The notes under the pieces were generated by a model. That model searched no databases. It was given only the letters and a program-made list of their open reading frames with translations, and had not been told where the DNA came from. A DNA stretch of 56,393 nt, counting the filler, from Sphacelaria rigidula (lineage: Eukaryota), in the NCBI GenBank assembly GCA_964200075.2. It is 7 parts of 7 records of this genome, joined end to end, with 100 filler letters (N's around TTAATTAATTAA, not from the genome) between each part and the next. Parts side by side here need not be neighbours in the genome. Positions count along the whole stretch, not along the records: positions 24,214 to 32,183 come from CAXNAA020012796.1; positions 32,284 to 40,253 come from CAXNAA020012797.1; 5 more parts are not named here. One strand, 5' to 3'. Each line of letters opens with the position of its first letter. The stretch's first letter is position 1. Both the position numbers and the translations under genes were made by a program. Positions 25,833 to 38,597 of the stretch are shown here, piece by piece.

Positions 25833-26206
25833 GTGGAGGTGCTCAAGCAGGAATTGGCGATGGTGAGCGTGCGGCAGCTGGCCATGACCGGCATTCCCAC
25901 TGGTGATGCTCTCTTGCGCTCGGTGCGAGCGGGGGCCGGCCCCAGTCCGGGCGGGGGCGGCGGCGGCGGCGGCGGCAGCGGCAGCGGCAGCCAGAACCCT
26001 CGCGCATCTCACGGTACCCCTCCCGCTCCAGACGGCGACTCTTCGTGCAGTACTGGTTCAGGGAGTATCGCCGCAACCGGGGATGAACATGGGCGTTTAG
26101 GTGCGATATGTTATGGCCCGGCGCGTGGCGGGATTCTGCTCGACGAGTCACGACGGCATGAAGCCTCAACAGAGACAACAGACGAAGCGCAACATGAGAG
26201 ACCTCT

Positions 26207-26240
<34 letters not shown>

Positions 26241-29200
26241 TCGTCGTCATCGTCGTCGGGGCACCACGACACGAATCGTAGCCTGGAGAGGCGGGTATCA
26301 TCAGCTGGAGGCAGCCAAGATTGGTCCGATCAGCGGGTGCGGCGGGAATGGGAAACAACGGTGGAGAGCGAGGATGAGGCCACCGTGAGGATGGCCAACT
26401 CGGACTCTACGAAATCGCGGCCGCGGGAAAATCGGCGGCTGGGTGGACGGGAAGACAGACCAGGCTTAAATGGAAGGTCTCCAGATGCGGATTCTGAACG
26501 AGAAGGTGGGGTGGGATGGTGGGCGCAGTCAGCCGACGAGTTGCTTTTACCAGGGGAGGGAGAAACCTCACGGAACGGGTTTGCGGACGGGCATCGGAGC
26601 GCCGACGGTGGCTTCAACTCCGGTGGTGAATTGGAGGGGAGTGAAGAGGGTCGACGGCGGGCGAGCGACCGCCGACCAAGGCGCGGTGTTGGCGATACGA
26701 GTGAGCAAGTCTATGCCCGACAGCCATCGCGCCAGGGGGACGCGAGTGATCCGTTGAGTCGAGAAGATGTGGTAGTGCGGCGGCCGCGGACATGGTTCGA
26801 AGAGGGGCAGGGAGCTCGGCTGTTATTGTCTTCTGAAGCCAACGCAAATGAACCTGTGGTGGTAAAGTCTCAGCCATCACCGAAGCACCGGGTTCTATTC
26901 GATGGACCTCGTCGCCGACAAACGGAATTGTTACGATCTCACCGCGAGGATGCTGCTTGGATGACGACAGGATCTAGTAGACAACGACAGCAAGGACATC
27001 GATACGCCGCCTCGGAGGAACCTTCACCAGACGGTCCCAATGGTAATCGTCAGCTATACTCGAAGCCTCGACCCATGGCCTCCGCCGCAAGCAAAAAAAT
27101 GCGGGGTGTTAGGGTTAGTTGGGACTCCACCGTCAGTGGTGTGGGGAGTGGTCCGTCCACTCATCTGCACGACGATCCAGGAACTACCAATTACGCAGGG
27201 CGTCGAAGTCGTGTCTCCTCGGACGACGACCCAATGTTGAAATCAGGCATGAGCAACGATAGCGTCGTGCCCCGAGCCCAACGCGTTCGGGATGAGGCTC
27301 GAGTACCGTCGCTTGCCCAAGACGGGCTTCGACGTCCCACCACTTCAGCATCGGCGGCAAGCGCCGCCGATGGAGACCTTTCGCCGCGGACCAGTTATTC
27401 GACAGAAAATGTCCGCTCTCGCGTGCGGGGGCGGCCGTGGGGCAACACAGGACAACCCAATCGGCAGCTCGTCCCTCCTCAACAACACCAATCCCCAACA
27501 TCCGATTTTTACTCCCGAGATCAACGAACGGGAACGAACGGCGGAATCACGCGAGGCCAACACGATAACGGAAACGCAGCAAAGCCTGGTCGTCGGACTG
27601 TACCACCGCGAAAGGGCGATAGGATTGCGAGCAAGCTGGGAGAGAGTAGGGGAGCTGCTCGTGGGTGGCGGAATGCTGACACGGAGGGGGAAAGGTTAGC
27701 AGACGTTTACGGTGCAGGTGGTGCAGGCGGCGGCGATGGCAGCCGGACGCGTACTCTGCGGGGGGACTGGGGGATCGACCGGCGAGATGATGGCGGAGAC
27801 GTTTGGGCGGAACGGCAGAAGACGCGATGGGACGCGGATGTAGAGTGTGGACAAGTGTCGCCCACACCGCTTGCTAAAGATGAGAAGGTAAAACCAGTCC
27901 AGTCCATGGGCACAGCAAATGCCGTTGAATCCGATCGTCGCATGGGTGGATTTCGAAAGCAAAGCATGCATGCTTCATTTTTTTTTCGCGATGCATATTT
28001 TTGTGTGGGGCTTTTATCGGATTGTATCACCCGGCCATCCTTGCCGCGGGGCGAAGCATGGTGTTGAATGCTGCTGCATTTTTTTTTTCCCATGAGGTTT
28101 ATAGTGTTGAAATATGTTCGTAGCGTGCCGTGGGAGGGTGAACATACATGACCACCATGCGTACATACAGGCGACATGCGTAGAAACAACAAACGTCGAC
28201 CACGTCAATATATTGTTTGCGCCGCCGCTTCGTGATTCCTCGACACATTCTCTTCTTGGCATCCAATGCTTGCTGGGGAAAAGCGTCTATTTGTCTAATG
28301 GCGTAAAGTAGAATACTTCGACATTGCTGGGTAAACCTGGAACTTCTGCCTCAACCCTTCGATGTGTCTTCCGCGTTTCTGGCCAATGGAATATGACAGG
28401 TTCGGGCTCTCGCGGGTACAGGGAGCGCCAGCTTTTTCGATGGATCTCTCCTAGAACTGATCGACGATCTCGAGGTGACCCGACCCACGCTTACGACGCG
28501 GCAGCGCGGTCGTTACAGTTGGAACAGACGGTGGATCCCGACCCTGAACGAACAGAGCGACATGTGCCGTTCGTGCACCCACGTCGTATCCCTGTTTGAC
28601 GGTCGTGTCATGTCAACCCCATGGGATTAATGCGTACAATTATAGGTCCGAGATTTCCAAGGACGCGTTATTATATTTATTTTTCTGCTGGAGGTTTGCC
28701 AGGTTTTGGATGAAATCCTCAGCCTTGTCAACCTCCCAAAAAATATTTCAATAAAATATGTTTTGTTCCTTTCTTTTTCGTTCCTGTTTCTTGTTTCTTT
28801 GTTCTGATTTTCACCGATTTCGGTTTCACCCCCATCAATTGGCGCTGGTTCCGGTGCTGCGAACCCCTCGGTTCTCTTATCTTGCGTGTGCTTGTTTGTC
28901 GATATTTAGATACCCGTGTCCAAGTGTATTATGTATTTCTGCCATATTTTCTCGCCCGAAATTTCCCACCCGTTGAGAATAAAAACAAATATATGTGTCC
29001 GATTCAGCTCTGGCCCGAGCAGGGCACGACTGTATTTCATACACCATAGAATCTCGACACGTGGAACGTTCTCCGAAAGTTTCGTGAGATTCACGACGTG
29101 TTCCTAGCGCGGGTAGGACCGTATTGTATGTTACACTCGCACCTATACAATACAAAAAGAAGGTTTAGAGACGTCCGCGGCATAGAGACGAGAGATTAGG

Positions 29201-29350
29201 AGAAGAGGGGGGGGGGGGGGGGGGGACAGTTACCGAATTTGTGAGGTCACGTTGACCTCAACGCTCGTGACACCCCTCTTCCCTTCCTGGTTCGAACAGA
29301 CGTCAAGATTTGATCTGCTGAACGACATGAGCACAGCACAGTACAGTTGA
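25833..29350 (+). CDS. 3' part of an unknown protein: short helical segment, long disordered S/G/R-rich exon, short acidic-hydrophobic C-terminus
   Basis: Exon 25833-27887 (cag|GTGGAG...GAGAAG|gtaaaa, 685 codons, inside ORF 25761-28067), exon 28400-28474 (VRALAGTGSASFFDGSLLELIDDLE) and terminal exon 29300-29350 (TSRFDLLNDMSTAQYS*). All junctions are phase 0 with canonical sites. 5' exons were not identified. Confidence 0.7.
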
Positions 29351-31560
29351 TTATCAAGAGAGAAAGGGGCTCGGGAGGAAAGGCAAGGCGACTGCTGAAT
29401 CACATTGGCACATTACAATCAGTGCTAGTACCGATTGCCCCTCCCGCGCCCCGCGTAGACAATAGCGTACAGTTGCGTACGAAGTCGCGGTATCGATGGT
29501 ACAGACAGTGTTGACCGTGCCCATCCCGTCGTGCCCGCGGGGCACCCACCGCTCCGTCTTTCTCCCCTTGTGCCCGTTCCGGAGCACACCCTCCCTGACG
29601 AAGTTTAGACGATATCGCAAAGCTACAATCTTGGCCGCCGAGCACGAGCACGGTTGTATCGCATGCCACGCCCTCCGCCCCTGCGGTGAAAAGGGAAGGC
29701 CTTTTCCAATTGATTTCCGGACCTTCATCGCCGCGAAATCGGGCACATTAACAGTTCGTGTTTGCACCTGCCCCCGCCATTGTTCTCTACTCCCAAGCAC
29801 ACAGTACAACGGCACATCATACGCATGTGCCTTGGAACTAAACAACGTGACCACCACATTACAACGCACGACCAAAATAGAGAAAAGCAGAGGCAGAAAG
29901 GCAGAGGGCTGAGCAGGGTCGGAATCGCAATAGCACAGCATAGTCAGTGGTTCTGACTGACCCCAGGTTCTAACGCAGATGGGCTCAGCACAGACAGCTG
30001 TGGGTTCCACCCTCTTCTGCCGTACCACCCCCGCACGAGCCACTTGAAACGACGTCAAGTCGGATCCTATAAAAGCCGATGCCAGTGCCCGCTGATCTCG
30101 TTTGGGGTTCAGAAATTTGTAGCTGGGAAGGAATTTTCACTGAAGTAGGCCACCACCTTGTTACAATACACAGTAATAGCCTATTTGCATATTCTTCGAA
30201 CCCACGTCTACCACGGGCATTTCTTACCCACCCTTTGGGTTCTTTTCACGACTGTTCGAATCGGGGCGCTGGGCGGTTGGGTAATATGAGGACGAACTCG
30301 CAGGTGGATCCTCATTTGCCAAGCTATCAAAAAGGTAACATGAGGATTTTGCTCTCGCTATTATGGTAGCTTCTGCATGTCGTGTATCCTCGGAGGTCCA
30401 GACAGCACGCGTTTACGCACTATGTGTACTACAGAAAATGTTTTTTTACCCCGCAATACATGGTTCAGAATGTAAGTGCGCCAGGATAAGGACCACGTGT
30501 AAGCACGCGTCCGAGCCAGAGATTATATCCGCAAATGCTGACGTAACGCTGAGATGAAACGCATAGTGATTTTGCCATGCAACACTGTATAACTCCTCCC
30601 GAACGTATTTGATTTTTGTTTTTCATCGTCCCATATTTTCTTCCTTCGCCTTCCGGGCCAACAGGAGGAAGAACGGCAGCCGGAATCGCCTGTCCATGCC
30701 CCCATCGCTGAGAACAACCGCATCCGATCACGGCGGAGGCCACCGCATCGATCACAACGGACCTCGCTGTAGTCACATCATGAGCCTTCTCGTTCGAGAG
30801 CAAGGTCGAGGCTTCCCGCGTCAAACGACAAGAGTAATAGACGTCAGACATAAAATACACAGTGCAGCAACGATTGGAATGTATCACCCCGGCGGGACCG
30901 GGGTATGGACCAAGTGCGTACTTCATCGGAGACAGGTGGCACATTAAAGACAGCACCGGGAGTATTGGGTGGCAAGCACTGGGTTACTTTCTCCACACCT
31001 TGTATTTATCAGACGGTAGAAGAGGTTGCCCCGTCGGCTATGGAGAACCGGGGGCAACATCTGTGTGAGGCACTGTACCCGAGGACAGCGAGGACAGGAG
31101 GGAGTGCTTGATGCTCCGTGCCTGCGCTGTGGACACAGGATGTTTTCTTCAAGTTGTTCATTTCAGAGAGTCTGTGGCGTACTCACCGTACAACCCGACA
31201 CAGTACAAGCATTCCTCTTTCCGAACTTGAAAGCTTCCTCTCTCGAAACGGGTGGGTGTGGCATCTCTCTTCAGCCACGGTTGACCTTGCTTCTACTCAT
31301 CTCACCTCTTTTATCCTATACAGTACTTGACTAGTGTTCGAGGCGGTCGTGGGTAGATCAAAGAACTCGCGAAAACAAAATTTTCCAGGTGTCGAGGGAT
31401 AACGGCTACCATGAGCGCAAACACCGTTCGCGCACACGTTGTATACTGTTTGAGTCATGGTACGGTAGGGGTGAACAAAATATTCCCGAGGTTTGAGCTG
31501 TAAGGGGTCCCTTATCCCATCAACCCGCATATATAGAGCTCTACGAAATATATAAGCAAT

Positions 31561-31823
31561 GCTACGGTAGGGGTTGCAGTGTTTGTTTCTGAGCCTCTTT
31601 TTTGTAGGAGCCCAAATATATGGGGCTTACTGTGCAACCCAAATCTCCAGGGACCGGACTCCCAGAAAAAGATTGTGTTTGCACGCAGGGGCCTTCTCGT
31701 GAATCGGCATCACTTTTGACATTTGTTCAAGTAAAAATGATGCCGATTCTCACAATGATCCGTCCAAATCTCGAGCAACCCCGAGGAACGTTTTTGCTGA
31801 AAAAGGGCAACCCCTACCGTAGC
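31561..31823. mobile_element. MITE family B, second copy
   Basis: Perfect 17-nt TIR gctacggtaggggttgc / gcaacccctaccgtagc; internal sequence homologous to 13619-13850. Confidence 0.85.
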
Positions 31824-32088
31824 GGTGCTCATGTGGGAGCACGCCACGATTGGCATTCCAATGATCAAGGGATATCTCCAACGAAATATCAAACAAGGAT
31901 GCCCCAAGGGTAGGGCGAATTGACTATTCGTCTGGAATTTACTTGATTTATTAATGTGATTGATTCGTACCACATAAACCAATCGTTGGGCTTTGTTTTC
32001 AGCGTTGCAACCCAGGTACGCGCACCCCAGGCACGTGGAACGGCGCACATGTTGCGTGGAGAACATTTTGAGACACTTTCTACGATAG

Positions 32089-32132
<44 letters not shown>

Positions 32133-32479
32133 CCCGGCCGCCAGCGACGCCCCACCGCCACAAAACCACCACCAACCACACAANNNNNNNNNNNNNNNNN
32201 NNNNNNNNNNNNNNNNNNNNNNNNNNNTTAATTAATTAANNNNNNNNNNNNNNNNNNNNNNNNNNNNNNNNNNNNNNNNNNNNCCGTCCTGGCTTTGTAG
32301 GGATGCGAGGTCAATGGTCTGATGACTATGGCATGCATGGGCATGAGTAACCCCCCCCGACATACAGAGGCGATGTCCCAGAAGTACGTCATACTGCAGC
32401 TCTTGCCGTTTGTCCCATTATTGCGTACCTCTGGGTCTGGTCCTTTTTTGCCCATGTTCAACGGCCAACGTTTACTTAC

Positions 32480-35400
32480 CTCCATGAGCTGCGATCCAAC
32501 GTCGACTATTGCCGCGATCCTTTGTTTTTCCTTCGCCTTCGCGGCACGTACTTCGTCGAGCCGAATTCTTTCCTGTTCCTCCACCTTTGCCTAGAAGCCG
32601 TAAAATGTGTTGAAAACAAGGCAAAGCATGCTGTACGTATGCCACAAAGGGGCGGTGAATGTTGGTCTCGTGGAACGATGTAGAAAAGCTAACTTCTCGG
32701 TGCGTGTGTTGGTGTTTCTCCTACGATGTTACTGATCTCTTTACATTAAAAAAACGATCCGATATCTCCGCAGTACTTACTTTCGCACTGGGCATCCGAT
32801 GCAGACGACCTCCATGGTCACAGGCTAAATTCCCGAAATGAGGTATCAGGAAAAGTGATGAAAGTAAAGTAGGACCCAGTGAAACTAACGCAAGCGCGAT
32901 GCAATAAAAACAAATACTACTAACCCCATAAGATCCGGTGCCGCAGGCGACCACCCGGACTACGGGAGACAGAGTCCAACGCCCCCACTGGACACACGAA
33001 GCCGAACAGAAATAGAGCCAAAGTCAAGACCCAAAGATCACCAACCACCGCGACAAAAGTGGCATAGCTCTATCCTTGAACCTCTACTAAGCCAAAGTGT
33101 ATGACCCGCCGGGGGTACGCCTACGGCGTGCCATTTTGATTGTCGAAATCAACTCGACAGTCAACGAAAAAAAAAGGTACTCTGGACCATGAGAAAACGA
33201 ACGGGTAACCTTTGCAGCGCTGTGCTGTGTTGCACAGTGCAGGGAAATGCATGTCGTGTAGCACTGGGTTTACACGACATGCCGCACAGGGAGACGTGAG
33301 AGCACAAAAACGACTCCAGCTCAGCTTGTGTGGTGAAAGTACGTGGCCTTTCCGAACAAAAGCTGGGCGGTACAATCGAGTTTCGGATTACGCTTTATTG
33401 TCATTTCAGAGTGCAAACACTTCAGGATCAGAGTGTAGGGACAAAAAAAAAACTGTTCGGAAAAAAGTCAAGGGGGTACCACATTTAACGGAGAGGGAAA
33501 TAACTTTTCGTTACACTCTGATCCTAAGATATTCCCACTTTGAAATGACAAAAACCGTTTTCCTAAACTCTCTAATATCAGGTTCACGAGTAGCAGAAAC
33601 AGATGCTTGACGGAACGTGATATAACGGCACAAAGAAAGTGGAGGCAATCCGTATAGAAAGAGGGGAATGTCTGGTTGATTTTGCGTGAAATGACGTAGG
33701 GTGGGAAATCTTGCTGAAACACCGTTCGATCGCAGATTTCGTCCGGTTACCAGGATGCTCACCTGGAGCACCGACGCGAAACCTGACCATTTTGAGGCAT
33801 GTTTTGTACAAGAAGAATCAAACAAGAGTGTTTACTCTAACACGTCGGCATCTTGACTCAGAAAACGTTTCGAGACACGATCACTTTGGACGGGTGGGTG
33901 GGTGGCTGAGGTTGCACACTATGGCCAAGTTTCTGTACATGTCAAATCTGGAAGAGTTCTCGAGAATGGAAAAAAGGACTTGATAGCAAAAAGCCTTTTA
34001 TTTTGACGTACTGCCAAAACCGTTATCGGGGACTACCGCGGCAACGCCTCCACGATTAATCGAATCTGTCAGTTGTTCCTCTTTGCAAATGTATCAAGAG
34101 CCGGACGAATAAGGATTCTTCTGAGAACTATTCGCTTCTTATGTAATTGATTCGTGCGGTACGAGTCAATCCTTGAGCTACGTTTTCAGCGTTTTACCCC
34201 AGATACAGGCACCCTAGGCACGCCAAATGGCACACAATTTGCGTGGAGGCGTTTTTCGATCCACTGGTCGATATTTTCTTCTCTTTCTAGCAATCAGGTC
34301 TCAGGACTCAGGAACCGTAGTTTGTAGTTTGGGTGATTCGAACTAGTGATGATTCGTCCGACCCCGTGACAATAGGTAGCTCAAGGGAAATACCCACCTG
34401 TAAGGCTTGGACGGAGGTCAGTTGCTGCAGTAGCTCGGACCTACTAGCTTGTAGTTCCTGGACGTACGTAAACGACCGTCCGTAAGAGCAAGGGCGAAGC
34501 GAGACAAGGGGATGGATTCCCAGGGGGAACTTGTGTGGAGGGGTCGTCGCCGGTCATTTATTCACCATGACGCAGCACTGATGTTTGGGCATGCAACTAT
34601 CTCATACGCTTTGTCTGTCCGGTATAACGTGGGAGGCCCCACGCTGTTGGCTTGGATGCATTTTGTTGGTAGCCCATACATTCGTCAAGCACATCTGTAG
34701 ACTCAGGAGCGGTCGGGTTTAGTCTTGGCCTTCCAACGCACGAATAAACCAAACTCTGGTGTATGGCTGTTGTGTCGTCGAGAAATGCTCGTGTGTAGAT
34801 ACGAGCAGGCTCCCGTTTTTTACTCTGCCGGTATATATAATATCTTCCGCTTGTTTCTAAGGCAATGCCGCACGCCAACTTCTGTTGCGTAGAAATGCAT
34901 ACGTCTTCAGGAGAATACCATTACTAAGAATAACCAAGTATGTCATATATTTTTTGCACTGAGCAGAATGCCCTGTCCCGCACATATAGTGTGCAATACA
35001 TACAACAAGATGTCCCAGACATGAGCATAGACGTGTTGTGGTGGGCCTTGGCGGTATGTGACAAAACATGGTCACGACGCCGCCTACATCTTGTCATCCT
35101 TGAACTTGCGAAATACGGTTCCAGGACTTTCGGTCATTTTCAATCTGTTGTTCCGTGCCCTCTCAACCCCGAAAAGAGCAGGAAGGGTCGATCCAAACTT
35201 CAGAGGTTTTACAAGATCGGCCGGGGCTTCTCAATGGCACCGTGGAAGTGGCGGCTAAATACGATCGCTCAGCGGCGGTACAAATTCTGCATCGCAATTT
35301 TGTTTTTCTTCTAAATCGTGAATCAATCGATCTATCCATTTCCGCCTGATGCACCGTGGGCATACGGTGCAGCAGAGCTAGTTCCAACACTCTAGTCGCT

Positions 35401-38400
35401 TTCGACTAGAAAAATGACACAACCAATCTATGACTTACTGTAAAAGTTGCGAGCTCTTCACAAACCCAACCTTAAGACACTCTTGGACAAGATTTCCCAT
35501 TTATTTTTCTGCCGGCACCACTCGTTGAAATCCTCAGGAACCAAGACCCGAATCCCCGCTTCCATACTGCGCAGAGTATGCTGACGCTTTCGGCTATTTC
35601 TAGAGGCTATTAACAGCCGATCATCGAAATTGAGGATGGAGCTTTTCGTTGACGATGAGAGCCTGGAGGATTAAAACCTTCCTACCAATAACAAATGTTC
35701 AAAATACGGCTCTATTCCTTCACCTGCCGGTAGCTATTGACACTTGCTACATGCACTATAAATGTGGATTCCGATAACCGAAATGTTGGGGTTCTACATG
35801 ATTTTCTTTTCCAGGGGGAATTTTGGTGATCCGATCGGTTCGCCGGAATTCCCCCAAATGGGATTCTTACCTATACCCTCAACAGTTCGGTTGTCGAAAT
35901 CCAAATTTGTAGAGCATGTAGCAGTTATCAATAGCTACCAGTAGGTGAAAGAACGGAACCATATTTCGAATATTCGGTATGGATACAAAGATTTTAATCC
36001 TCCGGGTTCTCATCGTCAATGAAAAGCTCCATCCTCGATTTCGATGATCGGCTGTTTACTCGTGAATGGATTGGTGCCCCAAAGCACGACGTAGCTTGCC
36101 ACAAATTGAAGATCGTTGCTTTGTACACAACCGAAAAGCCCAAAACATAGGTACCAACGGTCAACGCTGCAGAACATCTATTGAGTCGCCCCGGTGCCGA
36201 AAGGTTTAGGTTGATCTGAAATTTCGTGCTTACGCCATTCACGCCAAATGATCAATTGCTTCATTCATCCTTCTGCAAAACGAAACAAGCACAGGGTTAG
36301 TTTAGCCTCCTGCACCGCCCGCATGCGGCGCCAGCGTTCCGTGTCACCCCACTTACCCGATCAGCCTTTTGTTTTTCTGCCACGAGCTGTGTTTTCAAGC
36401 TCTCGATCTCTTCCAGCTCCAGGCGACGATCCTCCTGTGTTGGCCCAATGTAGAAAACATACATAGGGGTGCCACAGCGGATCGATGCTGAGAAATTCTC
36501 AGTATGGGAAGCTACTCCATAGTGTTTGTAAAAAATGCCGACCTTCTCGTTTTTAGCTGATTTGTGGATACGAGCAATCCTTAGCGAATTGACGTCCATG
36601 AGCTGTCCAACCCTGAACAAAAACGGGGGGGGGGAATGTGAGCACGTGAACTGAAGAAGGCCATACTAACTAAACCGATGGCGTTATCTTCCATTCATGT
36701 ATTTGGCGGTGCGGAAATAGCGACCAGATGGAGCGGCGGAGCTGTGCGAGACCGTGTGGGGTCGAGCATTGCGCTTGGGCAACAAGCCGGAGCAAAGGTT
36801 CAGATGGTTTGTGTTGTTTTATCCCGCGCGTCTTGTATTTTCTAGGAGCACGGATTCTAGTTTGCAGTCGTATTGGCCGAACGCTCACCATCTAGTGTAT
36901 CCACGCCTTTCAGGAACGCTGAGGAGCGAAAAATGTCACCAATTCAACGGATAATGACTACCGGTGTTGTACGACCGTTTTAGGTACAAATTACTTTCTC
37001 GTTGTTAATATAAGAACAAGCTGCCGCGACCGGTGAAACTCATACCTCGGCCTATTCTCATTCTGAAGCTTGAAGTTCGTCTCACGCGTTTCGTGCCGCT
37101 AACCCCAAATACGCCAAATGCTCGCATCAAAGTAACGTGGAGACGTTTCGAGAACAGCATCCGCCATGTTGTTCAGTTTCGCCTAGATGGAGTTAGAAAA
37201 TCCCACGGTAACGCCTCACCTTTGCCTGTGCCTCTTCCAAGGCTTGACGAGCTTCCCACTCAGCGTGTGCTTCTAGCCTCTTGGCCTCTTCCTCACGAAG
37301 TTGTTTCTTGTGTTACGGGTTCGGGCAGGGGAAAGCGCGGATGGAATACCAAATATCGTAGCAGGCGTGATCAGACTTCATTGACTTGTTGCAGGTTGAC
37401 AAACAAACGGCGACTCTGATCCTCTCTTGGAAATATGTGAAAGGGTGACGTTATTACCAAGTCGCGGCTTGGACATAACTTTAGACCGCGAGGGTAGCCC
37501 ACCTGCTGAATCGGCATCAGTTTTTACTCGAAAAAAGTATGGGTGATCCAGGTGGACTACCCGCACCGTGGTCAAGGGGTTGATCTGTTTCACTTGTTAA
37601 TGCGGTCTTACGCCACGAGATATTCAATTACATTGTCCAGTGTCTAGTTTCATGACTTCTGTTACCCTACCTTACCGTGACACCGATAGGGCATCAGTTA
37701 TCTTGGTTCTGACCTGTAAGTCCTCGAGGGATGCCTTCTGTCGCTCCGCCGCCTCAGCAGCAAGCTGTTGCGTCATGCGTCGTCATGAAAATCGTTTCAC
37801 GGTGAAACATGGAAAGACGGCAAGGAGAGCAAGTTGACGGTTGCAGTGATCACGCAACGGCTACGACTGTCCATAACTTCACAGCACTATAGTGGTGTCG
37901 CCAAACACAGCAGAGTTCACGCGAGTTGGTCGCCGGAATCCATTATCGAAAAGGCACTTGACTACAGAGTGAACTGCCGTATTGGGATCTTCAGGGGGAC
38001 AGCAGTCCCGGGTGCTCGGTAGCGCGTGCAGGATTCGTCTATGCTCAAATCGCCGCCTACCGTACGATTTTGAGTTCTGCGAACGCCCACCTTGTCTTGG
38101 GCACCCTATATACCCCCTTTGGCCCGAGGGCTATCGTTATGTCTTGGTTGTGGTTGGGATTGGGGTAAAGGTTGGGGTTTATTAACTCAGAGAACGACTG
38201 CGTGCACTGTATGTGGTGTCGTTACGACGGGTCCATCACCTCAGACAAAGTCATGAAGCCGGTAGAAACGGATAGAGATCCGTTCGAGGATAAGCGCAGC
38301 AACTCTGAATCCCTAAGAGTTACCCGGGGTTATCGTTCAACTAGATTTCCTGAGCTGGGTTTCGATCAATCAGAGAGCTGCGAGCCGCTTCAGGCCCTAG

Positions 38401-38477
38401 TCACTCGGACAGCGCCGTCTTTTGTTGATCACGTATGTCGACCTGATTTACTTCACGTCTCCATCTATGCTGCTCGC
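32480..38477 (-). CDS. Partial multi-exon gene for an E/K/R/Q-rich coiled-coil protein (possibly flagellar, trichoplein/CFAP-like)
   Basis: Phase-consistent exons 37764-37714 (LAAEAAERQKASLEDLQ), 37306-37220 (KQLREEEAKRLEAHAEWEARQALEEAQAK), 37098-37046, 36612-36543, 36434-36357 (EDRRLELEEIESLKTQLVAEKQKADR) and 32590-32480 (AKVEEQERIRLDEVRAAKAKEKQRIAAIVDVGSQLME). Exon 38477-38443 is tentative and other exons are probably missed. The family assignment is only an inference from composition. Confidence 0.65.
32740..33090. repeat. Dispersed repeat family F
   Basis: Collinear with 55340-55425 plus 55790-56045 (gcagtactt...tgggcatc.gatgc.gacg; aagatccggtgcc.caggcgacc...ggagacagag). Confidence 0.7.
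35611..36059. repeat. Diverged ~450-nt inverted repeat (old foldback/MITE)
   Basis: aacagccgatcatcgaaattgaggatggagcttttc... is mirrored by ...gaaaagctccatcctcgatttcgatgatcggctgtt. Confidence 0.8.
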
Positions 38478-38483
38478 CTTCTG

Positions 38484-38597
38484 ACAATTGCAAAGCGATG
38501 ATTGCCGCTTGGAAATCCTCCAAGCGCAGGGCACAATTGCAAAGCGATGATTGCCGCTTGGAAATCCTCCAAGCGCAGGGCACAATTGCAAAGCGAT
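38484..38597 (+). repeat. Perfect tandem repeat, 49 nt x2.3
   Basis: acaattgcaaagcgatgattgccgcttggaaatcctccaagcgcagggc, two identical copies plus a partial third. Confidence 0.92.

Noticed and set aside
29354..30956. Minus-strand gene converging on the contig-4 gene
   Set aside because: Exon-like pieces (~30690-30545, ~30065-29963, ~29768-29530) could not be joined in consistent phase and show no recognisable protein.
38484..38597. Palindromic direct repeats as a CRISPR array
   Set aside because: The units are head-to-tail with no unique spacers, the context is eukaryotic, and there are no cas genes.
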